Source: Tubiluchus corallicola (Eukaryota; Animalia; Priapulida). From it: a DNA stretch of 64,000 nucleotides. Positions 14,101 to 29,438 of this stretch are shown piece after piece. A model generated the notes under the pieces. That model worked only from the letters and a program-made list of their open reading frames with translations. It searched no databases and had not been told where the DNA came from. The stretch covers positions 62,001 through 126,000 of the forward strand of contig JAQGDQ010000570.1 in assembly GCA_030141605.1 (NCBI GenBank), in the 5' to 3' direction. Positions within the stretch are counted from its first letter, which is position 1. Every line of letters begins with the position of its first letter. Made by a program: the position numbers and the translations under genes.

Positions 14101-14373
14101 GTAGAAGAAGTGATGATTTTTTTTCTAGTTGACGGAAAGTTTTGTTATTTACAGGTGTCAAATTACGTGTCTTCGGGCGACATGCATCAGGCGTCAAGAG
14201 CGTCACGTTTGGCCAAAAACCTCTCAGTGGCTTCAATGCTTCTTGGCCTGCTGGAAGTAATAGCCATTGTCTTGTGCGTGTATTTCACTGTGGTCAATGC
14301 TACGAAGACGGCCATGGAGACGCTGAAGGAGGTCATCGACTCCATGGAAGAGACGCTTGATGATGTGTGGTAG
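10439..14373 (+). CDS. CD225/dispanin family (PRRT1/IFITM-like) proline-rich transmembrane protein, 205 aa; coding exons 10439-10705, 11651-11782, 14155-14373
   Basis: Phase-0 GT-AG introns (acg|gtaagt...tttcag; aag|gtaggt...tttacag). Spliced protein has a Pro-rich N-terminus with PPPPY and a CD225 core PPSYLCMAIFSCLCCFCPTGVVAIYFASKV...GDMHQASRASRLAKNLS, followed by a TM helix. Acceptor ttttag lies 5 nt before the ATG. Confidence 0.9.
10955..11292. repeat. (CT)n-rich polypyrimidine low-complexity tract in CD225-gene intron 1
   Basis: Directly visible, with a repeated ctctctctaaagattcc subunit. Confidence 0.9.
12340..12610 (+). mobile_element. Degenerate Helentron/HINE (DINE-1-like) non-autonomous element
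   Basis: Begins ttttactgccgccaaggaagttgtgttt, followed by a (GTTT/GTTG) microsatellite and gatttcacgaaact. This is the layout of HINE-type elements, recognised from memory only. Confidence 0.4.
12764..13286 (+). mobile_element. hAT MITE family H2 with perfect 8-bp TSD
   Basis: TIRs CAGGGCCTATTTCAG...CTGAAATAGGGCCTG. TSD TATACATG at 12756-12763 and 13287-13294. Second copy at 29561-29950. Confidence 0.88.
13330..13575 (-). mobile_element. Internal fragment of Kolobok-like family K1, reverse orientation
   Basis: Contains the reverse complement of gctacgaatgctctgatta and aaaatggct, seen in the other K1 copies. Confidence 0.55.
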
Positions 14374-16071
14374 CAGCCAGCTGTATGTTTGAAAGAATTG
14401 CTAACAAAATTCCTTAATTTTAACTAACTGCGACTTTGCTCATAATTATGTTAATTCAGTTAATTAAAGAAAGTGTTAAATTTTCAGATAATTATGTATT
14501 GTAGCTCGACCATAAACTTTACCTAATAATTATTGTTGTCTTTCAAGCACTCTGTAGTCTGTACACTTAGTTTTTTTGCTGTGCCACATAATATAAGTTG
14601 TTTAAACGCAGTTCAAACTTGGTAAAGAGTTCGTGGACGCGTCAGTAGGGTCCGTGAATTATTAGTATCAAGATGAAATATCAGTTGTTAACAAATATAC
14701 TACAATAAAGAAAAACCTTTCTATAACCTATTTATTAAAACGTAGCGTTTGAACTGTTGATCTCTAACGGTCATAGTTGTCTGACCATAGGTGGCAGCAG
14801 CGAGGCACCATCACGAAACTTTCCACGTAGTTACGGCGCAGCTGTGAGTGGCGAGGGTTTTCTTGCCAAGTCACTCGTACGCGCGTTCAACTGGAGAGCA
14901 AAACCAGGCAGTATTACCCAGCTATGAGTTCTGCTGTTTTGCAAGGCACGATTATCTTTTACTAATTCTCGAAACGTGGTTTTACCGTCAGTGTTCTCAA
15001 GTTTATTTTAAATTATCGAGAAATTCCTTATTGCCTGAGGACGTACAATTACTGAGTGAAAACCGAAATACACTGTACTGTTTTATCAAAAAAATTCAAT
15101 TATGGCCTATTTGTACCAATATCAATTACATAGGCTTACGTATCGCACATACAAATACAAAATTATGTGAATCATTGTCACACACGTTAGAGGGCGTTAC
15201 TGTTATCATGCTTTAGTCATTTATCCGCCAGATGGGACCACCAGGCGTGATACGGTTAACTAGTAATGTGTTGTAGTAATGTTTCATTCAAAATTAGTTG
15301 CGATTTGTCAGTTCAAAATTTATGACATCTTTGGGGTTTTAAAGAATAAATTACTAATTTTATCTTCTGTTGGTGCTATAATTTTAGTAATTTTTGGCGG
15401 TTTAGGTAAAAGCGAGTAAGATTACTTTTGTAGTTTTATCATGGACTCGAGACAGGTAGAATTATATATAGTAAAGCTACTTATTTCATTACAGACACAT
15501 TATACGATATAGATACGCTTATGCAATTATAATTACTACAATCTTTTGCACCATCCCCTGCTTAATTTTGTAATGCGAATGTGGCACCATCTGGTGGTAA
15601 AAAATATAGTAACCCACATTTAGCTTCATTATTACAGTTTCGTAAATTACATGTATTTTCACTGCCACAACCTTTGAGCAGTAGCATAAAAATAACTCAT
15701 ATGACATTACTTATTATTTTTATCAGTTATTTCGTTGTTGCAAAACGTTAACCTAGTTTAGGTAAAGTATAATAAATGTACTTTGGCATTGTGACACTCT
15801 GTACTTTTGCATTTGTGTTAACTAATGAGTGCTAACTGTAACCATCAAATGCCTATTACATCTGTAGTAGCCATTGGGCAGGCAAAATTCTGAAATAAAT
15901 GACATCTGTAATTGAGACAGGTAAACTAAGCAGTAATCCAACAAAAAACTAGACACTGTTATGCCGCTGACTTGTCAGTAGCACTGCCTGACGCTTCATT
16001 TGACAAGCAGATAGTCTAAAGCGCCACGTAAGCAGTGTTATTGGCAAAGATTAAAATAAGTAAAGAGAACC

Positions 16072-16409
16072 TGTTAAATTATGCTAAGAGCAGTAGATTA
16101 TGATAAATAATTATGTTGATAGATGCTGGTATGAGGAAGCCAGTTAAGGAGTGGTACCACGTGATTACGTGATCTAGGAATTAAGGCATCGGGCACCGTG
16201 CACTATATATAAGGCGTGCGGGGCCTCCAGCTCAAGAAATTAGTCTCAGATTAAGACTGGGAACCGGAGCGTACAGACCGTTAGATCAGGGGCTTTTGGC
16301 GTTGCTATTTATTATATTTATTGTGTTGATATTTAATAAACGTGTCATTTTATAATCAGACTCTTCATAGCGTTGCCATTACTCAAGCATCAATAAGCAG
16401 CTACATACA
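16072..16409 (+). mobile_element. Probable solo LTR
   Basis: TG...CA ends, internal TATA (tatatataag ~16204) and AATAAA (~16335). Flanks aacc / acc form an imperfect TSD. No internal domain or second LTR. Confidence 0.5.
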
Positions 16410-16759
16410 ACCAATAAAACGCACTACCCACTATACAACGAAATTAATTTTACTAAATATATTGCAGTAACTGCTAAAAAGACGAGCCGGAGTGCTGTTA
16501 GAATACTGCACTTCATTTAAATATTTTTACATCTTTTTGAAACGTACGTATCATTTGGTCAGTTTTTCTCAAAATCGTGTTGTACCGATTTANNNNGAAC
16601 TCATTGCCTGCATATGTTGATTGTGCATCTCTCGTAATAGCGGAATGATAGTGGAGAGTGAAGGAGATGGGAATTAGTAGGATTAGATTAGTGAAATGAC
16701 GTGGATGAGAATGAATATGAGATTGTTATTAGGACATCGCAAAAATATAATAAAAAAAT

Positions 16760-17340
16760 ACACAAGACTTATTGTAGAGTATTGCTCGCCAGTCTGGAAT
16801 CCTGCTTTATTGGGTAATGTTGACCGTATAGAAAGTGTACAGCGATACTTTACTCGACGCCTGTTTTATATATGTAATTTAATGTATATGCTATATCCTA
16901 AGCGTCTGGAGAGTCTACATCTAAAGTCTTTAGAGGAGAAACGCGTCGAAAAAGACTTAGTTTTATGCTACCAAATTATTCATAGAGAAGTTGATGTCGA
17001 CTTTGACAAATTTTTTTACCCGAATAGAACAAGGCAAAATCATTCTCTGAAGCTCTGTGCGTCGAACAGCTAAAGTATCATTTGGTAAATTTTTCTCAAA
17101 TCGTGTTGAACCGATCTGGAACTCATTTCCTGTATATGTTGATGGTGCACCCGTCGTAACTGCACAAAATATTAAGTTATTTAAAAGCCGCTTACATAAA
17201 GTTTAACTTGCATAAATTCCTTGTACACAATAGACACATGTAAGCAGTTCATCTCTTTGTGTCTTTACCACACTCATGTAAACATCTCATTTGCATGTTT
17301 TTTGCTAAAGTGTTTTATATTATATTGTTTTTATTGTACA
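16760..17340 (+). mobile_element. CR1-group LINE 3' fragment (RT C-terminus and 3' UTR)
   Basis: Translation LIVEYCSPVWNP...IESVQRYFTRRL...YPKRLESLHLKSLEEKR..DLVLCYQII, then FFSNRV..IWNSFP. Partial duplicates at ~16548-16640 (+) and ~17355-17478 (-). Confidence 0.85.
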
Positions 17341-17478
17341 TATATATTATTATTATTATTATATATTATTCTCTACGAATAATTTGGTAGCATAAAGCTA
17401 ATTCTTTTTGAATGCGTTTCTCCTCTAAAGACCTTAGATGTAGAATCTCCAGACGCTTAGGATATGGCATATATATTA

Positions 17479-17847
17479 CAGAAACATTTTGGGTATTAGA
17501 TGGCGAAAGAAAATTTCAAACAAAGATCTATATGAAAAAATAAAAGAAGAACCTTGGACAAGAAAAATAAAAAGACGTCGTCTAAGATGGATTGGGCATA
17601 TGCTTAGACTACCTGATGATATTCCAGTGAAGATAGCTCTTCAATAAGCCATAAAACCAGCTAAAAAACTTGCAGGAGGACAAATGTTAACATATTTAGA
17701 TTTTGCACAGAAACATTTAAACACTTCAGCATTGATCCTTAGAAATAAATGTACTTGGGGCATTGCGGCGAGCAGGGAGTCCTGGCATAGGGAGGTGAGC
17801 AGAATCATTTCACTGGACGTGTGATTCATTGGATGATGATGATGATG
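17479..17847 (+). mobile_element. RTE-clade LINE 3' fragment
   Basis: Translation RNILGIRWRKKISNKDLYEKIKEEPWTRKIKRRRLRWIGHMLRLPDDIPVKIAL with an in-frame stop. (GAT)n tail at 17832-17847. Confidence 0.8.
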
Positions 17848-18133
17848 TTTTTATTGTAGACTGTATTGGGTGTGAATAAAATGAAGTAAATAAAAGTACG
17901 AAATTAATGTAAATCCGCTTAGCTTAATTTGCAGATTAGAGCTGTTAAAACACCTTAGAAAATAAAGACAAGCGGATTTATGTCGTGTGTGTACGTACTA
18001 TGCTAAGGCATTAAATAATATTGAAAACTCGGCTTTCCTTTTCTTGAAAACCACCAAACACAAGAATGTTCACTACTGAATAAGACAAAGATGTGAAATA
18101 GTTTTGACAGCTACTTTTTCAAATGCTTATTAA

Positions 18134-18466
18134 CCCTTTCATACCCGTTGTATCCCGTGGGATACGAGAACATTTTCTGCCTTTAAAATTAATAAAATTC
18201 TAAAACTGGCAATTATTTGATCTGTTAATAATTATTTTGATTTAAGCCAATAACAATAAACTAAAAATGGTGATAAAATGGCAAACTAGAAAATCTACAT
18301 AGCATAAAAAACTGCTCAAGGTACAGTACTTTAGAGACGACTTTGTACAGATCAGCATAGCATGCATACTAAATGTCTTAAATACTTTAAAAAATTATCA
18401 GCTGTTGCAAAATGAAGCACATTTTTTGCTTTTGTTGTGTTTTTGAAAAAGTCTGGACTGAAAGGG
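18134..18466 (+). mobile_element. piggyBac-like MITE, deleted copy
   Basis: TTAA|CCCTTTCA...TGAAAGGG|TTAA (TTAA at 18130-18133 and 18467-18470). Closely similar to 60261-60738 but lacking ~145 bp. Confidence 0.88.
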
Positions 18467-18728
18467 TTAAGTTGCGAAGAATATGTTTGACAATTGCAAC
18501 GAAAAATACATATCGAAAATTGTCAGACGACAAATATTTATTTAAATTATTCACAAAACAACACCTTAAACACTGCATGGCTTGAAAGTGCATCAAACAA
18601 AAATCTGTTTTTACAAACTACAAGTCAAAAAACTTCCTTTCCATGAACTACAGTGTTTATGAATAATGATGACCCTGCTGCACGAATTATTTATACGTTC
18701 ACCTTTTACTCATAAAGAATGGCTTTAA

Positions 18729-19252
18729 AGGAAAAGTCAAGCTTTCTGGGAAGTTGGGCGTATTTCAATATTTGCGGAAAATTTTAGCATTTAGTAACAA
18801 AAGTGTGATAATTAGTAAAATCACTTTAATGTTGCAGGCATTTTCAGCTTGGACGTTGCAATTTTAAACCCCCCTTTTTCCATCAATGACATCATTCATC
18901 GGCTAACGAAAAGTAGCGCACCCTCGATTTCCATCAAAAGTATAATACCTTTTTTACAAAAAATTATGTAGCTAGTTTTGATATTATTGTATGAACATTA
19001 TGTAAGCTGGAGAAGTTCAAATTAGCTTAAGCAGTGCGTGTTTAAGCATGCGCTTATAAAAACGTCACAAAATCCACCAGTTACGTCATAATTTTCAAGT
19101 GAACGGTAGCTACCACTGTGCCATTATAAATGAACTTTATGCTTTAGAGGCAGAAAAAGATGACAAAGAAATTTGCAAAAAGCCAGTCTAAACTCCAAGA
19201 GAGTTTAAGTAAAACAAACAAACCCAGCATGAAAAGTAACTTGTCTTTTCCT
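18729..19252. mobile_element. Kolobok-like TTAA MITE family K3
   Basis: TTAA|AGGAAAAGTCAAG...CTTGTCTTTTCCT|TTAA, a 13-bp TIR with one mismatch. Confidence 0.7.
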
Positions 19253-19282
19253 TTAACTTTTTCAAATGAGCCATTTAAAATA

Positions 19283-19781
19283 CAGTCAACCTCGGGTACA
19301 AGGTACTCGTTTATAAGGGACATTCGCTTATAACGGACCACCAACACCGGTCCCGATTTTTCGTAACGTTTTTTGTTATAAAAATCTTCGTATATAAGGT
19401 ACTCGGATGTAAACGACTTTCGGTTCTAAGGGACGATATCTTCAGGTCCCGCGTAACAAAAACCCAGGGAAATTACCTCGCATATAAGGGACCCTATGAT
19501 CAAAGCGAAAATGATCGATTTTTAACTTCAATTTTTCGCAAACTCGGTCTTCGAACAGCTCGGTTTCCGCAGTCACATACATCTCGCATCACTGAAGGAG
19601 CTTCCTACATACCGTTTGCACTGAATGTGTAGCAATAATCCATAAAAATATGGGTAAAAGTACAGAAAAGTACAGGTCTAGATACACCCTCGGTCTGACT
19701 CAACATCGGCTATAAGGGACATCGGATATAAGGGACGATTTTTTCCGGTCCGGAGGTGTCCGTTATATCCGAGGTTGACTG
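19283..19781. mobile_element. pogo/Tigger-like (Tc1-mariner superfamily) MITE
   Basis: TA|CAGTCAACCTCGG...CCGAGGTTGACTG|TA, with repeated subterminal tataagggac motifs. Confidence 0.85.
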
Positions 19782-20739
19782 TAAATCGAACCAGAAATTG
19801 GAAAAAATTGCATGAATCGCTTTACAAGTCATACGGTTACTTAAATTTAACAAATTAAACACATACAATACCCAGTTTAAGTCTCGTCTCGATAGACATT
19901 GGAAATGCAATCTTGAAAACTATATAGACCCCAGGTTGCCACAATGCAACAAGAAACCTTGTGCTACGCTTCATGATCGCAGTGTGGCCACCTATTTTGT
20001 TCATTTTTTATATTAATAAAGTAAACAAGGAAGAGTGGAGAGGTCCATAAGCTATTTATGCTTAACCTCTATCCTTCGACGGTAACGGTAACGGAAAAAA
20101 TGATTCAGCAAAACTAACGGCTACATTTTGGCAACGGCAACAAGGTCTTGTGCGCTAAGTGATCTGATTGAATAACGGCAAAAGAACATTTTGATCGTAT
20201 AACGCTCACGCGGGTTTTCAATTGGGAATGCTGTAAAAACATCACAGTAACATATACAATACACATAGCCTGAAAAGCTGCAATAAAAAAACGAAATTGA
20301 AGTAAACTCCCGCTGCTGTTGTGGTTTTTAAAGGAAGACAGGATGATTTTTCATATACTACCCCCTTTTCAAGTCCGATAAAGAGTATATGTTTTAGCAC
20401 TATTAATACTGCAAAAGCGTTTCTGATAATAAAATAACAGATTAAAAATTTTATTAACGGCGGGCAAGCCCAACTATTCATGACATCACAAACTAACATA
20501 ACTTTCAACAGCAAAAATATTCTACGAGCGTGTTCCACGTGTTTGCGAAAGCGAAAATTGAAGTACAGTGCTACTGTAAGATATTCTGTGTGTTGTACTA
20601 AAACTACACAAGTTTTAAGATAGAAATTCAAATTTCAAATTTATCGCTGTGCTCACGCACGAGCTGTTGAACGTGTGTACTGTGTCAGAAACTAACACAT
20701 CTGAACTGACAGGTACATCACTTGTTTTTGTGTAATACG

Positions 20740-20915
20740 TTTCTGAGATCCAGGTGCTAGTGCCCATCTAATTAGCGAATGGCAAAATGCATGTAACAGC
20801 GAAGAACTAGTGACGCGAACGTGAAATTGCGCTTGTGTGGTAACAATTCTTTCACGTAAGTCATTTTTGAAAAAACGGTATGTTTCCTTTCAATATTTTA
20901 AAGAATTGATTCTTT
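20740..20915 (-). repeat. Dispersed repeat fragment, inverted homolog of ~48095-48275
   Basis: gtgcccatctaa, atgcatgtaacag and cctttcaatattttaaagaat match the reverse complement of the 48.1-48.3 kb segment. Confidence 0.55.
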
Positions 20916-21274
20916 TGACCTACATTTTAACATTAGGTCCAGTTTTGCTTTAAGTAAACTTTTAGCCCAGGATGTTATAGATTATACAAAAGCATAATAA
21001 TTTTAATCCAACACTTAATGTTAAATTAATATTAGTGAAGATAAAACCAAACAAAATTGTCTAACAAATTTCATTTAGTTTTAAAATGTCATCAATGAAT
21101 TCACACTGAATAGTCACATGATTTTCTTTTATAACCTAGCATTCAGCGCGCTCTTTGCAAATAATAATGCCTAGACACTTAAAAAACTTCTACAGATTAA
21201 TAATGGGCAAACTGAATTCTTAAGAGGAAAATAAATGCTAGCACCCAATTAAGCAAAGACACGACTATTTATTC

Positions 21275-22317
21275 CAGTGGTTCCTAACCTGGGGTACAAA
21301 ACAGCAAAACCAGAGTATTGTTTTTTGACTGTACAGCGTACACGCACAGAGTGCGGATTTTATAGGAGTAACTGCCCCGTGGCACAAAAGGTGTGAGGAG
21401 AATGTGCTACAAGATTCAAATCCTTAAATATCATGACTGTTTGTATTTTAAAAAGTCATTGTTTTTGAAACAAAAAGTATTTTTTGGGTAATTCACTGCA
21501 CACTGCCTGGTATTACAACTGGGTAAATTTATTAAGTAAAATAGACTTTTGGCACAGCCAATGCATCGGCGGATGGAGGTAGGCGAGGTTGCATCAATGA
21601 GGCGGCCATTAAGGCTACTTCACAATTCGACTGCAAGTTCGTTTTCTGATTTGACATCTGATCGCCCCTCCTCTTGGACTTTGTTCTTGAATTTGGTTGT
21701 TTTGTTTATCGGTTTTGCTTGTATAACTAAATCACGCTTGTATAGTTAAATCACGGTAGTAAAAATGTCTTCTTGAAACTCACATTGCTAAAAAATGTTA
21801 AGGGGTACGTGGCAGATTGCTGAATTTCGAAAGGGTAGCCCAACTCAGTGCCGGTCCCAAGCCTGGATAAATAGGGAGGGTTAGGGTCAGGAAGGGCATC
21901 CGCCTGTAAAAACTGCGCCAAAACATTCTATGAATGAGTCCGTGAGTGCAAAGAAGTGGTCTGACCCGCTCTAACCTATGGGCTGGAAGCGGCTTCTCTA
22001 AAGAAGACCGAAGAGAAGAAAATGGGTGTGGTGGAGATGAGGATGTTGAGATGGATGGTGGGAATAACAAGAAGAGATAAAATTAGAAATAACAATATCA
22101 GAGGAACAGTAAAAGTAGTGGAAGCCTCGCAAGATTGCGATAGTATGGACACCTGAAAAGAAGAGTCGGCGAAGATCATGTGGGAAGGGAAGACATAAAT
22201 GAAGAGATGGTCAACAACAGGAATGCGTGGAGAAGACTCATTCAAAATGGCGACCACGAATAGGGAAAAGCTGGGAAGAAGAAGAAGACTTGGCTAGTAA
22301 AAGATTAGGTACCACTG
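21275..22317. mobile_element. hAT (Charlie/MER5-like) non-autonomous element with perfect 8-bp TSD, hosting a nested RTE derivative
   Basis: TIRs CAGTGGTTCCTAACCT...AGATTAGGTACCACTG. TSD ATTTATTC at 21267-21274 and 22318-22325. Confidence 0.85.
21814..22287 (+). mobile_element. Bipartite non-autonomous RTE retroelement (5' UTR fused to RT 3' end)
   Basis: RTE 5'-UTR motif ccggtcccaagcctggataaa..gagggtt..aggaagggcatccg. RT remnant LTYGLEAASLKKTEEKKMGVVEMRMLRWMVGITRRDKIRNNNIRG. (GAA)n tail. Flanked by acgtggc / acttggc, a candidate TSD. Confidence 0.75.
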
Positions 22318-23351
22318 ATTTATTCCAACAGCATCATTTACAATGTCTCAACCATAACATGGTCACGATCATGCAATTCTACCTAATAAAAATATAATGT
22401 ACAAAAATTAATATCGAGGTCACAAAATCCACGTTGAGAAAAACAAATAAAACAATTTTAAATAGCAAACTTACAAAATCATGTAGCACATTGCGAAATG
22501 ACAGAAAAAATAAACTTTTGTTACTCCAACTTAATTCAATTGCTGACTAATGCCTGTTCGTGGCAATAAGAGAAACCTTTGCATCAAACATGAACAACAA
22601 CACTGTAAACAGGCATTAGTACTAACAGTTCTTTGGCAATGTACTAACGAAGTTAACTACTTAGAAATCGTTTTATTTGCTTTTCGCACTGTGGATTTTC
22701 GGTATGAATTTTCATAAATTTACACATTTTTGTATATATATATTCTACAGTAGAGTTGAGTAATCATGTCCAAATTGTTGAGGTATTCCAACTGACTGTT
22801 TTGAAATGAACAGCCAGTCATGTATTTACTTAAGTGGATGCTAGCAGTTATTTTAAACTGCAGCTAAAGTAGTTATAACTGCAGCACACATTTTTTGATC
22901 ATATAACACCCCACTATAGACATTTCTGTGAATCAGATTCGCACATTTTACTAAAAATAATTGAAAACGCAAGAGTTACAGTTCGCAATCATTCTACCTT
23001 GGTCCCGAATGTGCGGTCAAAATTCGCAAACGTTGTAACAAAATAGTGTCAATTTAACCGACTACTGTTATCGACAAACTGCAGAAATTATATCACAGAT
23101 CATGAGAGAGTGCACACTGGTCAAGATTACTACATGATTTCATGATAAGTTTTCTGTTGTCTGCAACATTGTGAGTTTGTTTTGGTGGTAAAACTCATAC
23201 ATTTAAAACTATATCAAGTGGTTCATTAGGCAGTGTTTTGCATAACCCTGATTTTGCATAATGTAACTAATCATAATTAACCAGAAATTCACCATGATTT
23301 GTGCATTTTCTCAAATATGTTGGAAGGTGAAAGTAAAAATGGCGGCACCTT

Positions 23352-27150
<3,799 letters not shown>

Positions 27151-27600
27151 TTACAGTGTCAACGTGGCCGGTTCGCAAGAGGCGGAGCTTCGGAGATTGG
27201 GAAAATTTGATTCGCTGTTGGGCCCGACCGTAGAAACGATAACTCAATGGGTAGCGTGAGACCTGATGCTAAGTTTTTATGCCAAAGGGTATTAAAATCG
27301 GATGGACCCCCAGGCTGTATCGAGGGCCGGAATTAGGCAGATTTGCTCATATTGGGCCCCGCACACACGCTCGAGCGGAAAACACTAGATTGTGATTTTT
27401 TTTTCATTTTTATTTATTTTATTTCCACCCAATAGTGAAATATAGTCTGTAATAAAAACACTTATAATAATAATTATAAAACACGTTGGCAAAAACATAC
27501 TCAGCATATATAGTTTATGCCCACGGTAATTTCACTAAGGAAATGCCCTTTTTTGGTTGGGTGCCTGCCCTTTCAAAAGTCTTTGCGCATCACTGAGAAG

Positions 27601-29438
27601 AAAGTTTATGTCAGACTAGAAGCTTTCAGTCAGTCTCAAAGTTTATGTCAGACTAGAAGCTTTCAGTCAGTCTTAAAGTTTATGTCAGGCTAGAAGCTTT
27701 CAGTCAGTCTCAAAGTTTGTCAGACTAGAAGCTTTCAGTCAGTCTCACAGTTTATGTCAGGCTAGAAGCTTTCAGTCAGTCTCAAAGTTTATGTCAGACT
27801 AGAAGCATTCAGTCAGTGTCAAAGTTTATGTCAGGCTAGAAGCTTTCAGTCAGTATCAAGGTTTATGTCAGGCTAGAAACTTTCAGTCAGTCTCAAAATT
27901 TATGTCAGGCTAGAAGCTTTCAGTTAGTCTCAAAGTTTATGTCAGACTAGAAGCTTTCAGTCAGTCTCAAAGTTTATGTCAGACTAGAAGCTTTCAATCA
28001 GTCTCAAAGTTTATGTCAGGCTAGAAGCTTTCGGGCAGTCTCAAAGTTTATGTCAGGCTAGAAGCATTCAGTCAGTGTCAAAGTTTATTTCAGAACTAAA
28101 AACTTTTGGTCAGTCTCAAAGTTTATGTCAGACTAGAAGCTTTCAGTCAGTCTCAAGGTTTATTTCAGAACTAAAAACTTTTGGTCAGTCTCAAAGTTTA
28201 TGTCAGACTAGAAGCTTTTGCTCAGTCTTAAAGTTTATGTCAGGCTAGAAGCTTTCAATCAGTCTCAAAGTTTATGTCAGGCTAGAAGCTTTCAGTCAGT
28301 CTCAAAGCTTATGTCAAACTAGAAGCTTTCAGTCAGTCTCAAAGTTTATGTCAGACTAGAAGCTTTTGCTCAGTCTCAATGTTTATGTCAGACTAGAAGC
28401 TTTTGCTCAGTCTTAAAGTTTATGTCAGACTAGAAGTTTTCAGTCAGTCTCAATGTTTATGTCAGACTAGAAGCTTTTGCTCAGTCTTAAAGTTTATGTC
28501 AGGCTAGAAGCTTTCAATCAGTCTCAAAGTTTATGTCAGACTAGAAGCTTTCAGTCAGTCTCAAGGTTTATTTCAGAACTAGAAACTTTTGGTCAGTCTC
28601 AAAGTTTATGTCAGGCTAGAAGCTTTCAATCAGTCTCAAAGTTTATGTCAGACTAGAAGCTTTCAGTCAGTCTCAAAGTTTATGTCAGACTAGAAGCTTT
28701 TGCTCAGTCTCAATGTTTATGTCAGACTAGAAGCTTTTGCTCAGTCTTAAAGTTTATGTCAGACTAGAAGCTTTCAGTCAGTCTCAAAGTTTATGTCAGA
28801 CTAGAAGCTTTTGCTCAGTCTCAATGTTTATGTCAGACTAGAAGCTTTTGCTCAGTCTCAAAGTTTATGTCAGACTAGAAGCTTTCAGTCAGTCTCAACG
28901 TTTATAAAAGGCTAGAAGCTTTTGGTCAGTCTCAAAGTTTATTTCAGAACTAGGAACCTTTGGTCAGTTTCAAAGTTTATTACAGACTATAAACTTTTGT
29001 TCAGTCTCAAAGTTTATTACAGGGTAGAAACCATTGGTCAGTCTCAAAGTTTATTGCAGGGTAGAAGCTTTCGGTCAGTCTCGAAGTTTATTTCAAAACT
29101 AGAAACTTTTGGTCAGTTTCAAAGTTTATTTCAGACTAGAAGCTTTTGATTTCAACCTTCGTCAGCTAGAAAGTGTGTCACCTTAAAAGCGAAATTTTAT
29201 AATTTGAAAAAAAATTGACACTGACCAAAAGCTTCTAGTCTAAAATAGACTTTGAGCATGACCAAAAGCTTCTAGTCTGAAACAAACTCTGACACTGAGC
29301 AAAAGCTTCTAGTCTTAAATAAACTTTGAGACTAACTGAAAGGTTCTAGTTTGACATAACTTTGAGACTGACTGAAAGCTTCTAGTCTTAAGCAAACTTT
29401 GTAACTGAACGCGTAGTCTGAAACAAACTTTGAGACTG
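27601..29438. repeat. 37-bp satellite: ~42 tandem copies (27601-29148), a ~65-bp spacer, then ~6 inverted copies (29216-29438)
   Basis: Unit AAAGTTTATGTCAGACTAGAAGCTTTCAGTCAGTCTC (contains AAGCTT), with no unique spacers between units. The distal block reads gagactgactgaaagcttctagtc, the reverse complement. Confidence 0.95.

Noticed and set aside
16593-16596. NNNN
   Set aside because: Assembly ambiguity inside a LINE fragment, not a biological feature.
27601-29148. CRISPR array (37-bp repeats)
   Set aside because: Units are head-to-tail with no unique spacers, there are no cas genes, and the context is eukaryotic. It is a satellite, and ORF 28922-29149 is a by-product.
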